From the NCBI RefSeq assembly GCF_036321535.1, contig NC_087458.1, positions 6,014,001 through 6,078,000 of the forward strand: a stretch of 64,000 bases of DNA, given 5' to 3'. The notes beneath the pieces are model-generated. The model made no database searches and had not been told where the DNA came from. It saw only the letters and a list, made by a program, of their open reading frames with translations. Origin of the DNA: Camelus dromedarius (lineage: Eukaryota). Every line of letters begins with the position of its first letter. Positions within the stretch are counted from its first letter, which is position 1. Position numbers and translations under genes: made by a program. Below, in pieces: positions 12,400-24,200 of the stretch.

Positions 12400-14000
12400 A
12401 TAAAAGGGTAAGATTCTGCGCTCCTGATTCCTCTGCCTAAATCAAGATAATTATCCTGTGCTTCCTTCACCCGTAAGGATCCCCCATTTGTCCCAACCGC
12501 CGGCAAACACAAAACTGAGAGTAGGGAGCGGCCCCCGCACCCTGAGGGCACCACTGGGGGTGGATAGAGTTAAGGGGGGGCTCGTTAGAGAGGAAAAGAG
12601 GGGAGCATGGCGGGCATGAGGCAGTGAGTGAAAGCGGGGAAGGCGGGGGAAACGGGGCGCGAGGAAGGGGAGAAAGAGTAAAAGGAGAAGAAATGAAGGG
12701 ACACGAGCTGGGGGCGCGCGAGGCCGAAGTGAAAGACCGGGGCGCGCGCGCGAGGAGCCGGGGGAGGGGATGAGGTGAAGGGGGAGCGCGAGNNNNNNNN
12801 NNNNNNNNNNNNNNNNNNNNNNNNNNNNNNNNNNNNNNNNNNNNNNNNNNNNNNNNNNNNNNNNNNNNNNNNNNNNNNNNNNNNNNNNNNNNNNNNNNNN
12901 NNNNNNNNNNNNNNNNNNNNNNNNNNNNNNNNNNNNNNNNNNNNNNNNNNNNNNNNNNNNNNNNNNNNNNNNNNNNNNNNNNNNNNNNNNNNNNNNNNNN
13001 NNNNNNNNNNNNNNNNNNNNNNNNNNNNNNNNNNNNNNNNNNNNNNNNNNNNNNNNGCGGCGGCGTCGAAAAAGGAAGAGGCGACAGCACAGTGGGTTCC
13101 GGACCCCGCTGACGGGACCGNNNNNNNNNNNNNNNNNNNNNNNNNNNNNNNNNNNNNNNNNNNNNNNNNNNNNNNNNNNNNNNNNNNNNNNNNNNNNNNN
13201 NNNNNNNNNNNNNNNNNNNNNNNNNNNNNNNNNNNNNNNNNNNNNNNNNNNNNNNNNNNNNNNNNNNNNNNNNNNNNNNNNNNNNNNNNNNNNNNNNNNN
13301 NNNNNNNNNNNNNNNNNNNNNNNNNNNNNNNNNNNNNNNNTCTTCTCGGCCATACCAATAGGGGATGGGATGCCGGGACTACACCCCACCCTTGAAGAGT
13401 GAGTGGCTGGAGAAGTGATGATTGGCGTTCTTAAGACCCAATCCTAAACGGAGGAGGGGGATGGTCTAGCGGGGGCGCGTTAATGGGTACCTCGGCCAGT
13501 CCCAGACACATCCGGGTCTTCAGCAGCCCATTAAGTGTCGGGGGTCAAAAAATCGCTTCAGGCTGCAACTTTACCTCAGAGACGTTTTGGTCCCCAGGCA
13601 GCCGCCGTACCCCAGTATCCCAAAACCGGGATTCCCCTTTGGCCAGCTCTCATTCTTCCAATTCTAAAGATGGAGACTGGCGAACGGCGCTGGGCTCTGC
13701 GCTGGGTGGTGTGTTTCATCGCGACAGAATCCAGGAATTTCACGATAGAAGTAGCTTGAGGCGCTTGGGCCTTGCAGTCTATTTGGGGCGTGGCCTGTCT
13801 CCGTCTGCCAAAGGCCTTAAGCTTCCTGGTCTTCATTGTATCTCGGCACGGTCCTCTCGTGACTAAACCACAACAGGAGGAAAAAGGGCTCGCCAAATTG
13901 CTGAGAAATTACGCCGTGAAGAGCCCTCGCAGCTCCTTCTCTCGGGATCTCCTGGTATGGTTAGGTTCACAGTGAGGGAAACAGCCTCCCACTCCACCGA
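12400..14000 (-). promoter_or_regulatory. CpG-island promoter of GATAD2B with CCAAT boxes
   Basis: High CpG density with two N-gaps inside; CCAAT at about 13356, ATTGG at about 13421, CCAAT at about 13438; GC-box-like ggggcgcg. Confidence 0.75.
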
Positions 14001-14518
14001 CTCCACCTAATCAACTCAAGGCCCAGCTCCTGCTAGCCTCCCTACTTCCCCGAAGCAGTTAGGGCCCACCTAACTCTCAGCGTTGCTCGAGCAACTAACC
14101 ACAAGTATTGCTCTTGAACATCTTGACGATAGGGACCGAGTATCACAGAGTCAGTGTGTTGGGGAAAGACTGTAAGGCACTGTGCTATGTGTGCAGTCTT
14201 ATTTATTCGTTTAAGAGGTTTACGTGGATTATTTATTCCTCGTAACTCTGTAATACTGTTATCTCCATTTTACAGATGAGGAAAATGAGGTACTGATCAA
14301 ATGATTTACCCAAAGTTACACATAATTGGCAGAGCTGCAATTTGAACCGAGGTAGATCAAGAAAGGGTCTCAGAGAGGCTAAGTGACTTGCAAAGGTCAG
14401 ACAGCTCATTAGTGACTAAGCAGTGGTTTGAACCCAGAAATAACTGGTTCCAGGAGGCACTAGAATGTGCTTTCTGAATCACTTAGAAGTCATGCTGTGC
14501 AATGGAAATGAAACTAAT

Positions 14519-14716
14519 ACAAACTACAATATACAAAGTAGAGAAACAACTAAGTCCTACTTTATAGCACAGGGAACTGTATTCAATAGCTTGTAATAAC
14601 CTATAATGAAAAAGAAAATAAAAAAGAATATATATAACTGAGTCACTATGCTGTACACCAGAAACTAACATAACATTGTAAATCAACTCTACTTCAATTT
14701 AAAAAAAAAGAAAGAA
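14519..14716 (+). mobile_element. Truncated cetartiodactyl-type L1 3' tail with 9-bp TSD
   Basis: tatagcacagggaactgtattcaatagcttgtaataacctataatg...cattgtaaatcaactctacttcaat plus A-tail; GAAACTAAT at 14510-14518 and 14717-14725. Confidence 0.85.
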
Positions 14717-14814
14717 GAAACTAATGAAGGGCATACCCACAAAAAGACACAGGTAGACCTGGAACACACACAACATACAGAGACATGCCACAGTTCTTAA
14801 GTGGGTAAAAAAAC

Positions 14815-15075
14815 CTCTTTCAAGTATAATGTCCTGGTAAAGAACATGGTATATGGAGTCAGACTGCCTGGGTTTGGATCTCTTACCAGTTGTGTGATTT
14901 GGGTGCAAGTTACTTAACCTCTCTTCTCTATGTCCTAGTTTCCTTATCTTTAAAATGGGGAGGATTGGTAAGTACCTAGTTCATAGGGTAATTGTGAGGA
15001 TGATAAAATAACACATTGAAAATGCTCAGGACAGTGCTAAGGATACAGTAAGTACTCAGCGAACATAATAGCAAC
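14815..15075 (+). mobile_element. MIR SINE
   Basis: ggagtcagactgcctgggtttg...caagttacttaacctctc...ctagtttccttatctttaaaatgggg...ctcagc. Confidence 0.9.
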
Positions 15076-16347
15076 TATTTTGAGAGTTTTCCTCACTTTT
15101 CCAAAATTTCACCCTCTTAAGTTCAAAATTCAGCTTCAGTTGTTATTCTACCTGCAGTACCTACCTTGTACTGCACTGAAAATTACTTCTCTACTAACCC
15201 TTCAATTTAATGCCTTCGCTGACTCAGTTATTTCCCATACATGATATAAGACCTATTATGTGATCAGACACTCTTCTGTGTGCTGGGGATATAGCAATAA
15301 ATGGGACAAAATCACTGCCCTCATGGAAGGTACAGCCCTCTTTCCCAAACGTGCTATTTTGTCTGTTATCAGTCCAATGCATTCTCTGCGTCTGAAGGGC
15401 CATTCTTCAAGGGTTGCAAGGATATGTGAGAAACACAGTGGTGGAAGATACCAGCCTGAGGAAGATACTAGTGAGGACTGAAGAAATGGCTTTCAACAAA
15501 CTTAAAGTCAGGCCATGGAGGGGGGACTTTCAATCTGGAATGATTAAGCTCCAAGGAAGACAACTAAGTGAGGCCACTGGTGTAATGGACATGACCTTTG
15601 CCCCATGCAGGCTCTGCCTGTTTGTTCATTTTCTTTTTGGGGCTAACATTTATTTAGTGTGCTTAGCACTTTATGTGGATTATATAATTTATCTTTAAAC
15701 AACCTCCCCAGTTTGCAGATGAGGAAAAACTGAGGCACAGCATTTAACTTGTCTGATGTAATAAAATTAGTAAATGCCAGAAACAAGATTTAACTAAAAT
15801 TTGTCATATTCAAACCATGTACACTCTGAAGTCTAGGAAGATAAATTGGGCCAGGTAATTTGGACATATCCTTTCCCCCATACAGCTCCCTAGGCCAAGG
15901 ACAGAGATGTCAGATGCCATATGAGTACTTTGCTATTGGAATTCCCAGATACTTTTGTGGTTAAAGAATTTAGTAGTTCCACCCATCAGACTATACAGGC
16001 CTCTTGAGGAAGCCCCAAAATGTGAAGCATCAGCTGGGAGGTAAGGTTGATTATTGTTTGTGAACTGAGGGATACTCTAGACCAGTAAGATTGTATGCTC
16101 TATTAAGGTAGGGACAGCCCTAAAATTCTCTCTGTAATTCCAGACAGTTCAGTACGTGGCTGGGCATACTACACTCAATAGAAACTTATGATTTCAGGAA
16201 GGCAGTTGCTCCCTTGCAGATGGCCCTTGGGGATGATACAGGGAAAGTCTGGTTCTAGGGAGTGGGTCTGATCAGAACCTGGGGTAACATGAGGGTTTCC
16301 TTCTGAAGAAGGCATCTCCTTGTCCCTGGCAAAAACAGATGGCATTT

Positions 16348-16536
16348 GATAAACAACAAGGACCTACTGCATGTTACCTACAGGGAACTATAGTCAATAT
16401 CTTGCAATAACCTAAAAGGAAAAAGAATCTGAAAAAGACTGCATTTGTGTATGTGTGTGTGTGTGTGTGTGCACTTTGCTATGCACCTGAAACACAGCAC
16501 TGAAGTTCAAAAAAAAAAAATTAAAACAAACAAAAC
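16348..16536 (+). mobile_element. Truncated L1 3' tail with perfect 16-bp TSD and internal (GT)n
   Basis: TSD AAAACAGATGGCATTT at 16332-16347 and 16537-16552; body cagggaactatagtcaatatcttgcaataacc. Confidence 0.9.
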
Positions 16537-17457
16537 AAAACAGATGGCATTTTCTAAGTTCCTGCTTCCCTCCTGTGCAGCTCAAGATAGGATGGGGAAG
16601 CATCCTCTGGCTTGAAGTTCCCAGAATTCAGAAGCAGTACTGCTCTCTTCATCCCCTGATCACCCCTAGGAATCTGCACTGGGGCTCATGTAAGTTATTT
16701 CCTCCATTAACACTGCTGCCCTCCCTCCTTCCCCAAGGCATTTCTCTTTGGTTGGCTAATTCCCTTTGGTAATTGGTTTTGCAGCTCTGTTAGGAGTTGT
16801 TTCCTGTGTTTATTTCATTATACAGGAAAGAAAGGGAGAACTCGGAGTGGGCCAAAAGGATTAGAAAAATGATGCCTGGCTCCATGATGCCCACATGCAG
16901 TGAGCCCCTTAATCCTTGCCTCTGTCCTCCTGGTGCTGTCCCTAGGCTGAGACCCTGGCTGGAAGAGTATTGCCCGCAGCTAGAGCAACTAAGGAGGCCT
17001 AGGATGAGTGCCAGGACTTCCAGGATGCATGAGGGCTGCCAATACCAATGACCGGGGAGAGGGTTGTCATCCCTGTGGAGGTACTAGAGAAGCTGGGAGG
17101 GGGGAGCTGGGGGAGAGGAAAGAAGGCAGAGATGAGCTCAGGGCCCCCAGAGAATGGAGCCTTTGTGTGGGGTACAGATGAGGGACAAGGGGGTGATTGT
17201 GTGGGAGGGCCGGAAGTGCCACACAGACTGGCACCACCATAGCTAGTACTGGATTCACCCCTCTCCTGCCCTGAGAACTCCCTATGCCCCAAGGGACCAG
17301 TACCAGACCTGGTCAGGGAAAGCAGTGTGTGCCTGAAGGCAGCAAGGGATGGAAAGGTGGAAAGGAGGATGTGCAGCCAAGAGAAAAAGAGAGGTATCCC
17401 CCGCCATTACCCCAGACCCAGGGAACAGGAGGCAGAAGAAAAAAGACAGAAGCAGCT

Positions 17458-17463
17458 TTTACT
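17458..17463 (-). terminator. Probable DENND4B poly(A) signal, variant AGTAAA
   Basis: No AATAAA on the minus strand between the stop codon and here; AGTAAA is followed by a U/GU-rich tract (gctgcttctgtcttttttcttctg). It implies a 3' UTR of about 0.8 kb. Confidence 0.55.
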
Positions 17464-18252
17464 ATATTTACATCCAACAAAACTTTGCAAGGAACAATCC
17501 TTATTGCACAGTCAGGGCCCTGGGTGGGTGAGGCATTCCCCAAAGTGGAGTGGACAAGAAGGATCAGAACTAGAGGGGGCACCAATTCTCCCTAAGGGGA
17601 GCCTGGGACTCCTCTAGCTCCCATCTCCCGAATTTCAAGGAGCTCCAAACCACTGGACCATGGTGCCCCCATTTCCCTTCTCTTTCTCACCATCCATGAG
17701 AACCCCATAAGCAAGGGGGCTGTGGCTCCAGAATAAATAACTTAAAATAAAATACAAACACTTAAGGTAGAAAGGCATGGAGAGCCTTGGGCTCCTTCGA
17801 CAACTCTAGGGAAGAGGGACCATCACTGATGGGGAATGACATCCCTCCCTCCCATTCAAGGCAAAGGCTCAGTAGCTCTATATCTTGCCAGTTGTTTTTT
17901 AAAACAAAAACTTATAAAAATGACCAGGGCACTGCAGATCTGTGGGTACCCTGGAGGGGAATTCCTGGTATAGGATGGGGAGGTACAGAGATGTGCCAGC
18001 TCCCCCCACCCCAGCCCCCAGGCCTCCTCCAACATCAGCATGAGCATGTTGGGCAGATTGGAAATAGGGGTTTTGTGACTTTTGGTAACAGTGGGTCCCT
18101 CTTCCTGCTGCCCCCGCTCAGAGCTTATGGCTGGGCATGCTTCCCAGCCTGTTCCCAATTCCTCTATAAAAGGAACAGGGAAGCAGTTTATCTCTAGAAT
18201 CCTTTCTCCCTCACCTCCTCACTCCAGGCTGGATAAGGAAGCTTAAGGGTCC

Positions 18253-21200
18253 CTAGCATTCCAGAGGTGCTCCAAAATATTTTCGGCAATCAATGGCCTT
18301 TGGGGTGGGCATCTGTGCCCGCCGCTGCCTCAGCTCCTCCTTGCCCATGCTGCTGGCCAGCTTGTTAAAGGCGGACTTGTACTTCTTGTCGAAGGCCACT
18401 AGGGAAGAGGGTGGGGGTAAGTTAGTATATTAGGAGTCCAGCCTCCCACACCTGGCCCCAGGTCTCTAAACTCCTCAGCCCCCTGCCTGCTCCCTCACCT
18501 ATATCCACATGGTCCTTGCCCAGAGCAGCCATCGTCAGGAATAAGATCTCACGGTAGATGCCCCTGGAGCAGAGGCAGGAGGGTATGAGCGAGGGAAAGG
18601 GGGCATGGAGCCGGGACAGACCAGTGGGAGCAGCATACCTCTGCAGGTGCAGGCCAGCGGGAGGGGGCCCTAGCGTTTCCAGAAGGAGCCCTATAGCCTT
18701 GTGCACCTCATTGAGACCGACATGGCGCAGCACCGACTCCAGCAATGCCAGGCTAAGGGATACAGGTACTGGGCCTGGCCATACCACCCGCTGGGGGATC
18801 TGGCCTAGGTGAAAAAAAAAAAGGTACCCAGGATTAATGAGCCCTCTAAGCGTGGGACCCACCCCTTCCCACCCTAGGCCAAATACCAGACTCACTGTGG
18901 ACCCTCCAGAGCACATAGAGAGGTGGGCAACTACTGGGGTCAGGGGTCAGGACATCCCACAGCAGCCGCACCTGCACAGATGCTGGATCGGGCATTAGCC
19001 AAGGAGATGGGGCCTGCAGGGAACCAAGATAAAGGAGCCAAGCTCAGGGAATGGGAGGCAAAGGACAGGAAATGGACAGGCGATGTTCCCAGAGACAGAC
19101 GGACATCACAGGACATAGCCAAAGAGAAGAGGAAAGGAACTCTTGTTCTCCACAGGAAGGCAAGCTCTGTGAGAGCAAGGACTTTGTTTTGTAGTCTGCT
19201 ACATCCCTAGTGCCTAACGCTCTGCCTAGAACCTAAAAGGTGCTCAATAAATATTGGTGCAATGAATAGACGAGCATTAACGAATCATCACCGAGGTACC
19301 AGGCACTATACTAGGTGTCCAACAACAGACCAGTGAGATGAGTGCTTACACCTTTTTACAGATGAGAAAATTGTAGCTCAGAACAGTGAAATAAAAGGGC
19401 CAGGAGTCAATCCAGGTACAAATGACTCCCAAGCCTGTGCTCTTTCTATAGCACCAAGGACACAGAGGACTGAGAGACAGAGCTGGGAGACAAGGAGGGG
19501 AAGCAGGGACCACATCAGGGCACTGACCGGGGTGGGTGGGGGGCCATCACAGGAGGCCAGCACCAGGCATGGCAGAATACTGGGCAGGCGCAGCCGCTGG
19601 AAATACCACAGAAGGTTCCAGAAGATGATGGGGTGGGCAGCGGGCAGCTCAGGCAACGCCAGCACCTCACTGCCCTCGTTCTCTACCAGTGACTCCAGCT
19701 CCTTACGCAGCACCAGGGGGCTCAGGTATGCCCATGCCCCACCCTCGACCCGCCGGGAGGCAACCTGTCAGGCACAAAGGGGAAGGGCAGTGGAGGGCAT
19801 GTACCATGGCCCCATCCTCAGAGCCACGCTTCCCACTGAGCCACCACAGCCAGCAGCTTCTGGGATGCCCCTTGCCCTCGATGCCCATCTCTCCCCAGCA
19901 CCACTGAAGCCAACCACAGGGCAACACATACACACATACACACACAGCCCTTACCCCCATGTGGCCATTGCAGAGCTGGGGTTCATCCAGGGCAAGGCAG
20001 AGCCTGCGGTCACTGAGCACAGGGCCTGGGCCCCCAGGGACAGGAGCGTCTCTGTTGCCACTGGCACCAGCAGGCTTGGGGCCGGGGGCGCTGCAGGAAG
20101 ACAGCGGGAGGGGTTAGCCCTTGGACCTTCACCTCCCTGGCCCACCCACCGCACTTTCCCCGCTTTGGGCACCTGGGTCGGGAATCAAGGGTCTGGACAC
20201 TGAGCAGGGGCACAAAGGGGCAGGCGCAGAAGGGGCAGGTCGTGTTAAGGTTGGAGTCGTCAGGTGCCCAGCCGGCCATGATCTCCTCATCGTACACCAG
20301 TGAGTCACAGGCGCGGCACAAGGAGCAGCTGGACAGCAGAATCTGCAGGCAGGGAGACCCCAGGAAGCAGGCCCTTTTGGCATCCAGGCTCAGGTGCCCA
20401 TGCTCCTTCTTCCCCTGCCCCTCTCACCTTCACATCCCAGCCCAGCCTCCCCACCTCCTCCCAGCCCCTGCCTGTGACAGAGTGAATGGGAGTGGTGTGT
20501 GTGTGTTCAAGCACATCTGTGTAGGAGGGGTTATCCTCACTTCCAGGGAAGGTGGTGGGAAGGATCCAGGGGTGTCGCTGAGGCGCTCTGAGGAACGGTG
20601 AAGGCTCACACTGCTGAGAGAGGATTCTGAGAGGTCCCACTCACTGCCCAGAGAGGCTGAGCTCTGCCATTACATGAGAAAGCACAGTTAGCCCACCCCA
20701 TGCTCCTCTTCACCCAGGATGCTGGCTTCAGCCGCCCCTCATGGCCCTCTCTGGGCACACCTGGTCAGCAGCCCTTCCCCAGGCCTCCTGGTGCTACAGT
20801 GGCTGGACCCTCCCCTCACTGGCTACCTCGGACGCAGTGGATCCAGGGCGCTCCCGGGGGCGCAGAAGGCTGTCCATGGGGCTACGGCGGGCTGGGGGAG
20901 GAAGATCAGGGGGCAGCTCAGGCGGGGGAACGCGAGAGGCAGGGGAGCGGCGGGAAGGAGTGAGCAGCTGTTGGAGGCGGGCACCCAGCCCTCGTCTCGG
21001 TGTGCTGGCCTCATCCTGACGCCCACCAGTCTTGGGCACCCGCCCACTTGACCCTTCCAGGGCTTCAGTTGACTGGGTACTCAGGGCTGAGCCTGAGTCC
21101 CCTGGGCTGCCTCCAGCTGCTGGCTCCTCTCCGGTCAGGCTCAAGTCTGAGAGGCTTCCATCGTGCCAGGGTACAGGTGATCCCCGGGGTTCCAGTACCC

Positions 21201-24200
21201 CTAAGGCCTCTATCACTGCAGGGCAGAAAAGAATCAGGGAAGATGGAACTCAGCCCCTCCTCTAGGAACTGAGTAAACACAATTCCTGGCCGCACGAACT
21301 CTGGCACCACAACCCCCACCATGATGGCATTCCAGGCAAGATTCCCTCAGGGTCTACCCAGCACAAAGCGCCACCCCTCCATCCTGGCTCTAGTCTTCCC
21401 CTCTTTCACTGGCAAGTGGTTAGGAAAGCTGACAGGACTGAGGGGTGGGGGGTAGGACAAGGGTACTCACTGTGGGCCACGCCAGCCTCCACGGTGGGCT
21501 GTGCCCCTCGGGCACTACCCAGGCTGCCGCTTTTCACCAGACGCCCCGTAGGTGAGGCGGGGTCCCGCAGGCTTCGCCCAGCCCATGTAGTCTGGCGCTG
21601 AAGGGGGCGGGTTGGGGAGAGGCGCCCCAGATAGGGCTCTGTAAAAGACAGGGAGGGGGTTGAAGGCAGCCGGGTAGAAACCCAACCCCGGATTCCAAAA
21701 CAGCTCCTTGCGTGGACCTGAAATCATAGGGCTTCTCCCAGGCAGAACTTCATGTCTTTTGTCACCAGCCAAGTGTAATTTCAATACCAACCACTAGGCC
21801 AGCCCCAGTTCTCTGTGACTGTCCCTGCCTGAGCCTCCCTAGTCCATCCCGAGCCATGTCACCAGTCCCTACCCACCTGTCTGGGAGCTGCCTGCCTCTC
21901 GTTGTGCTGCTGTCTCCGCCTCCTCCTCCTGCTTCGGCTGCTGCCGCCGCTGCCGCCGCTCTCTCAAGGGCTGGCGGAACTGAGCAGCCCCCATGACGAC
22001 GTTCCGGAGCTTGGCCCAGCGCAGGCGCCCACCCGGTGTACCAGACGGCCACTTGCTTTCCAGCACCGCCTGCCAAGCACCATGCACATCAAGATGGCCT
22101 AGTTCCACACCCTGGCCCAGCCTGAGGCCCACTGTCTGACCTGGAGCCCCAAGGACCAGCTTCCCCTCCAGATGTCCTGCCTAGGACTGTGCTGCGTGGC
22201 TCAGCCAGGAACAAGAGCCCAGAAGAGGCAGCTGACAGGAGCCACCCTGTGGGGTTCTAGAGGAAGTCAGAAGTGATGGAGACAATCTGTATCCAGACTC
22301 TGCTGTTTATAAACTACAGTCTTTGATGAAATCAGTTCATTTTTGGTCATTAGTTCCCTCATCTAAAAAACAGGAAATAGTTTAGCATCATGGTTAAGGG
22401 CCTAAATTCAGGACACATCGCTATGCCTGTGTTCATACCTGAACTCCCTAACTTACTGTGGGACCTCAGACAAGTTACTAACTCTCTGTAACCTCATCAC
22501 CTCATCTGTAAGATGAGGCTAATAATCATTCCACTTCATGGGGCTGTGCTGAAGATAAAGTGATTTTAAATGGGTAATGTATCTGGAACAGTGCCTGGCA
22601 TATTGGCTCACACTATCGGTGATTACTGGGCGGTAGCAGTACTTGCCCAACCTCCTTGTCAGGGCTGTTGCGGGTGAGAATCAAAGCAGCCAAGTATGAG
22701 AAAACCCTCTGGAGGCACTAAGGCACTAGAGGGGCACAATGGATGACAGTGGTTATGGGACCTGGTTGGACTGTCTGGAGCCTGATCTCCAAGGACGGTG
22801 TCAGGGAGCAGCATCCCTCCCATAAACACCCCTGGCACAGGCTGCCATCCCACCCCTCACCCCAATTAGGTACCTTGTTATAGTAGCCATAGGTGATGGT
22901 GTTGGGCACGATGCCTGCCCGCCGCATGTCCAGCATGACCCGCACGGACAGCACAGGCTGCCCATAGTGCGAGCAGAGCTGCATCAGCACCCGGTAACAC
23001 ACCTGGGCCAGGAGATGCGCAGGATGAGAGCGGACTCACTCCCAACCCAAATCCTCCAGGCTCAGCAAGCACCGTCTTCCAGCCTCCCCAATTCTCAGAC
23101 TCTACTGGCCCCTGGAAACTCCTGGGGTTGCCTCTGAGCCACCCACCCTTCCGGCTGACCCTGCCACCCTGCAGGCTCCACTTCTACACCCTGAACATGC
23201 TCATTAATTCAGTGACCGTAACGGAGTATCTGCCCAGCTCTCTGGCCTGTGTCCGTGCTCCCCATCTGCTTTCCCTGGTCACCAAGTCTCCCTCTCAGAG
23301 CCCCCACAGCTGCATGAGCCTTTGCTGGGGCTGGGTGAGGGTGCCCACCTCGTCAGGCAGCACCACCTTGCGGCTCTCCATCTGGCGCAACACCTGGTAG
23401 GCTGTGTGCAATGCCCGCACCCGGGAGGGCGCCGACCGCACGTAGGCGGGCAGACACAGGAACCACAGGCCATAGCAGTGGCCCAGCAGGCACCGGGCCC
23501 ACAGCTCAGGCATGGCTGCTGACTTCTGCGCCATCCGCTGTGCGACCTTCATCTCCTAGGTAGGGCAGGGGACACACCGGGGTGAGTACGATGCCAGAGC
23601 AGGGCAGGTCTTAAAATAGTGTGGGAGAAGCAGTGCCCTCCCTGAGGAAGGGGCTGTACGCTGCTGAGGCAGGACACACAGCCCTGAGCCCCAAGGGAGA
23701 TGTCCAGCTTGAGCCTGAGCAGGTGCCCAGGAAGAGGCAGCAAGCCCCTGGCTTCCCAGAGTTCTCAGAAAATGAAGATGAGGAAGGTGACAATGGTAAC
23801 GAGTGCTAATGTTTCCTGTGCCTTTATGTGCCAAGCATGATGAAACCTCCTAACAACCTTATGGGGTAAGTACTACTAGATCCATTTTACAGATGAAGAA
23901 ACTGAAGCAGCAGCCCTTGGTGTGAGCCAGATGCCTCTGTGGGGCCCACCTGCTGGTTACCTGTTTGGTACGGCGAGGGGCAGGACTGCTGGGGGCACTA
24001 CGGGATGGACCCGGCACAGGCAGAGCCCCGGGTTGCTCTTGAGGAGACTCAAACAGCTCAGCCCGGAGCTCTGGGAACCCATCGTAGCTGGAGGGGCAGA
24101 GAGTTGCAGCATCAGGAGCAGTCAGCACTGTCAGCCTGTGGGGCCTTGGAACAAGTGAGGGGACGAGAGGCTCTCACCAGTACTGGGGAGTGGATTCACT

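Larger units (their letters stand above)
1..13120 (-). other. GATAD2B: GATAD2B 5' region: non-coding exon 1 (about 13057-13120 visible between N-gaps) and the start of the large intron 1; no CDS in the window
   Basis: CpG island at about 12400-14000 with a GC-rich leader-like fragment between two gaps, followed leftward by about 12 kb of AT-rich, repeat-rich sequence with no coding exon. The gene name rests on conserved order (GATAD2B-DENND4B-CRTC2-SLC39A1-CREB3L4-JTB-RAB13), not on protein sequence. Confidence 0.7.

Noticed and set aside
19532-20203. 223-aa plus-strand ORF, and similar long ORFs at 32091-32681, 34191-34778, 40219-40911, 44835-45404 and 57579-58166
   Set aside because: They are antisense shadows of real exons or products of stop-poor GC-rich DNA, with low-complexity translations and no recognisable domains or splice support.
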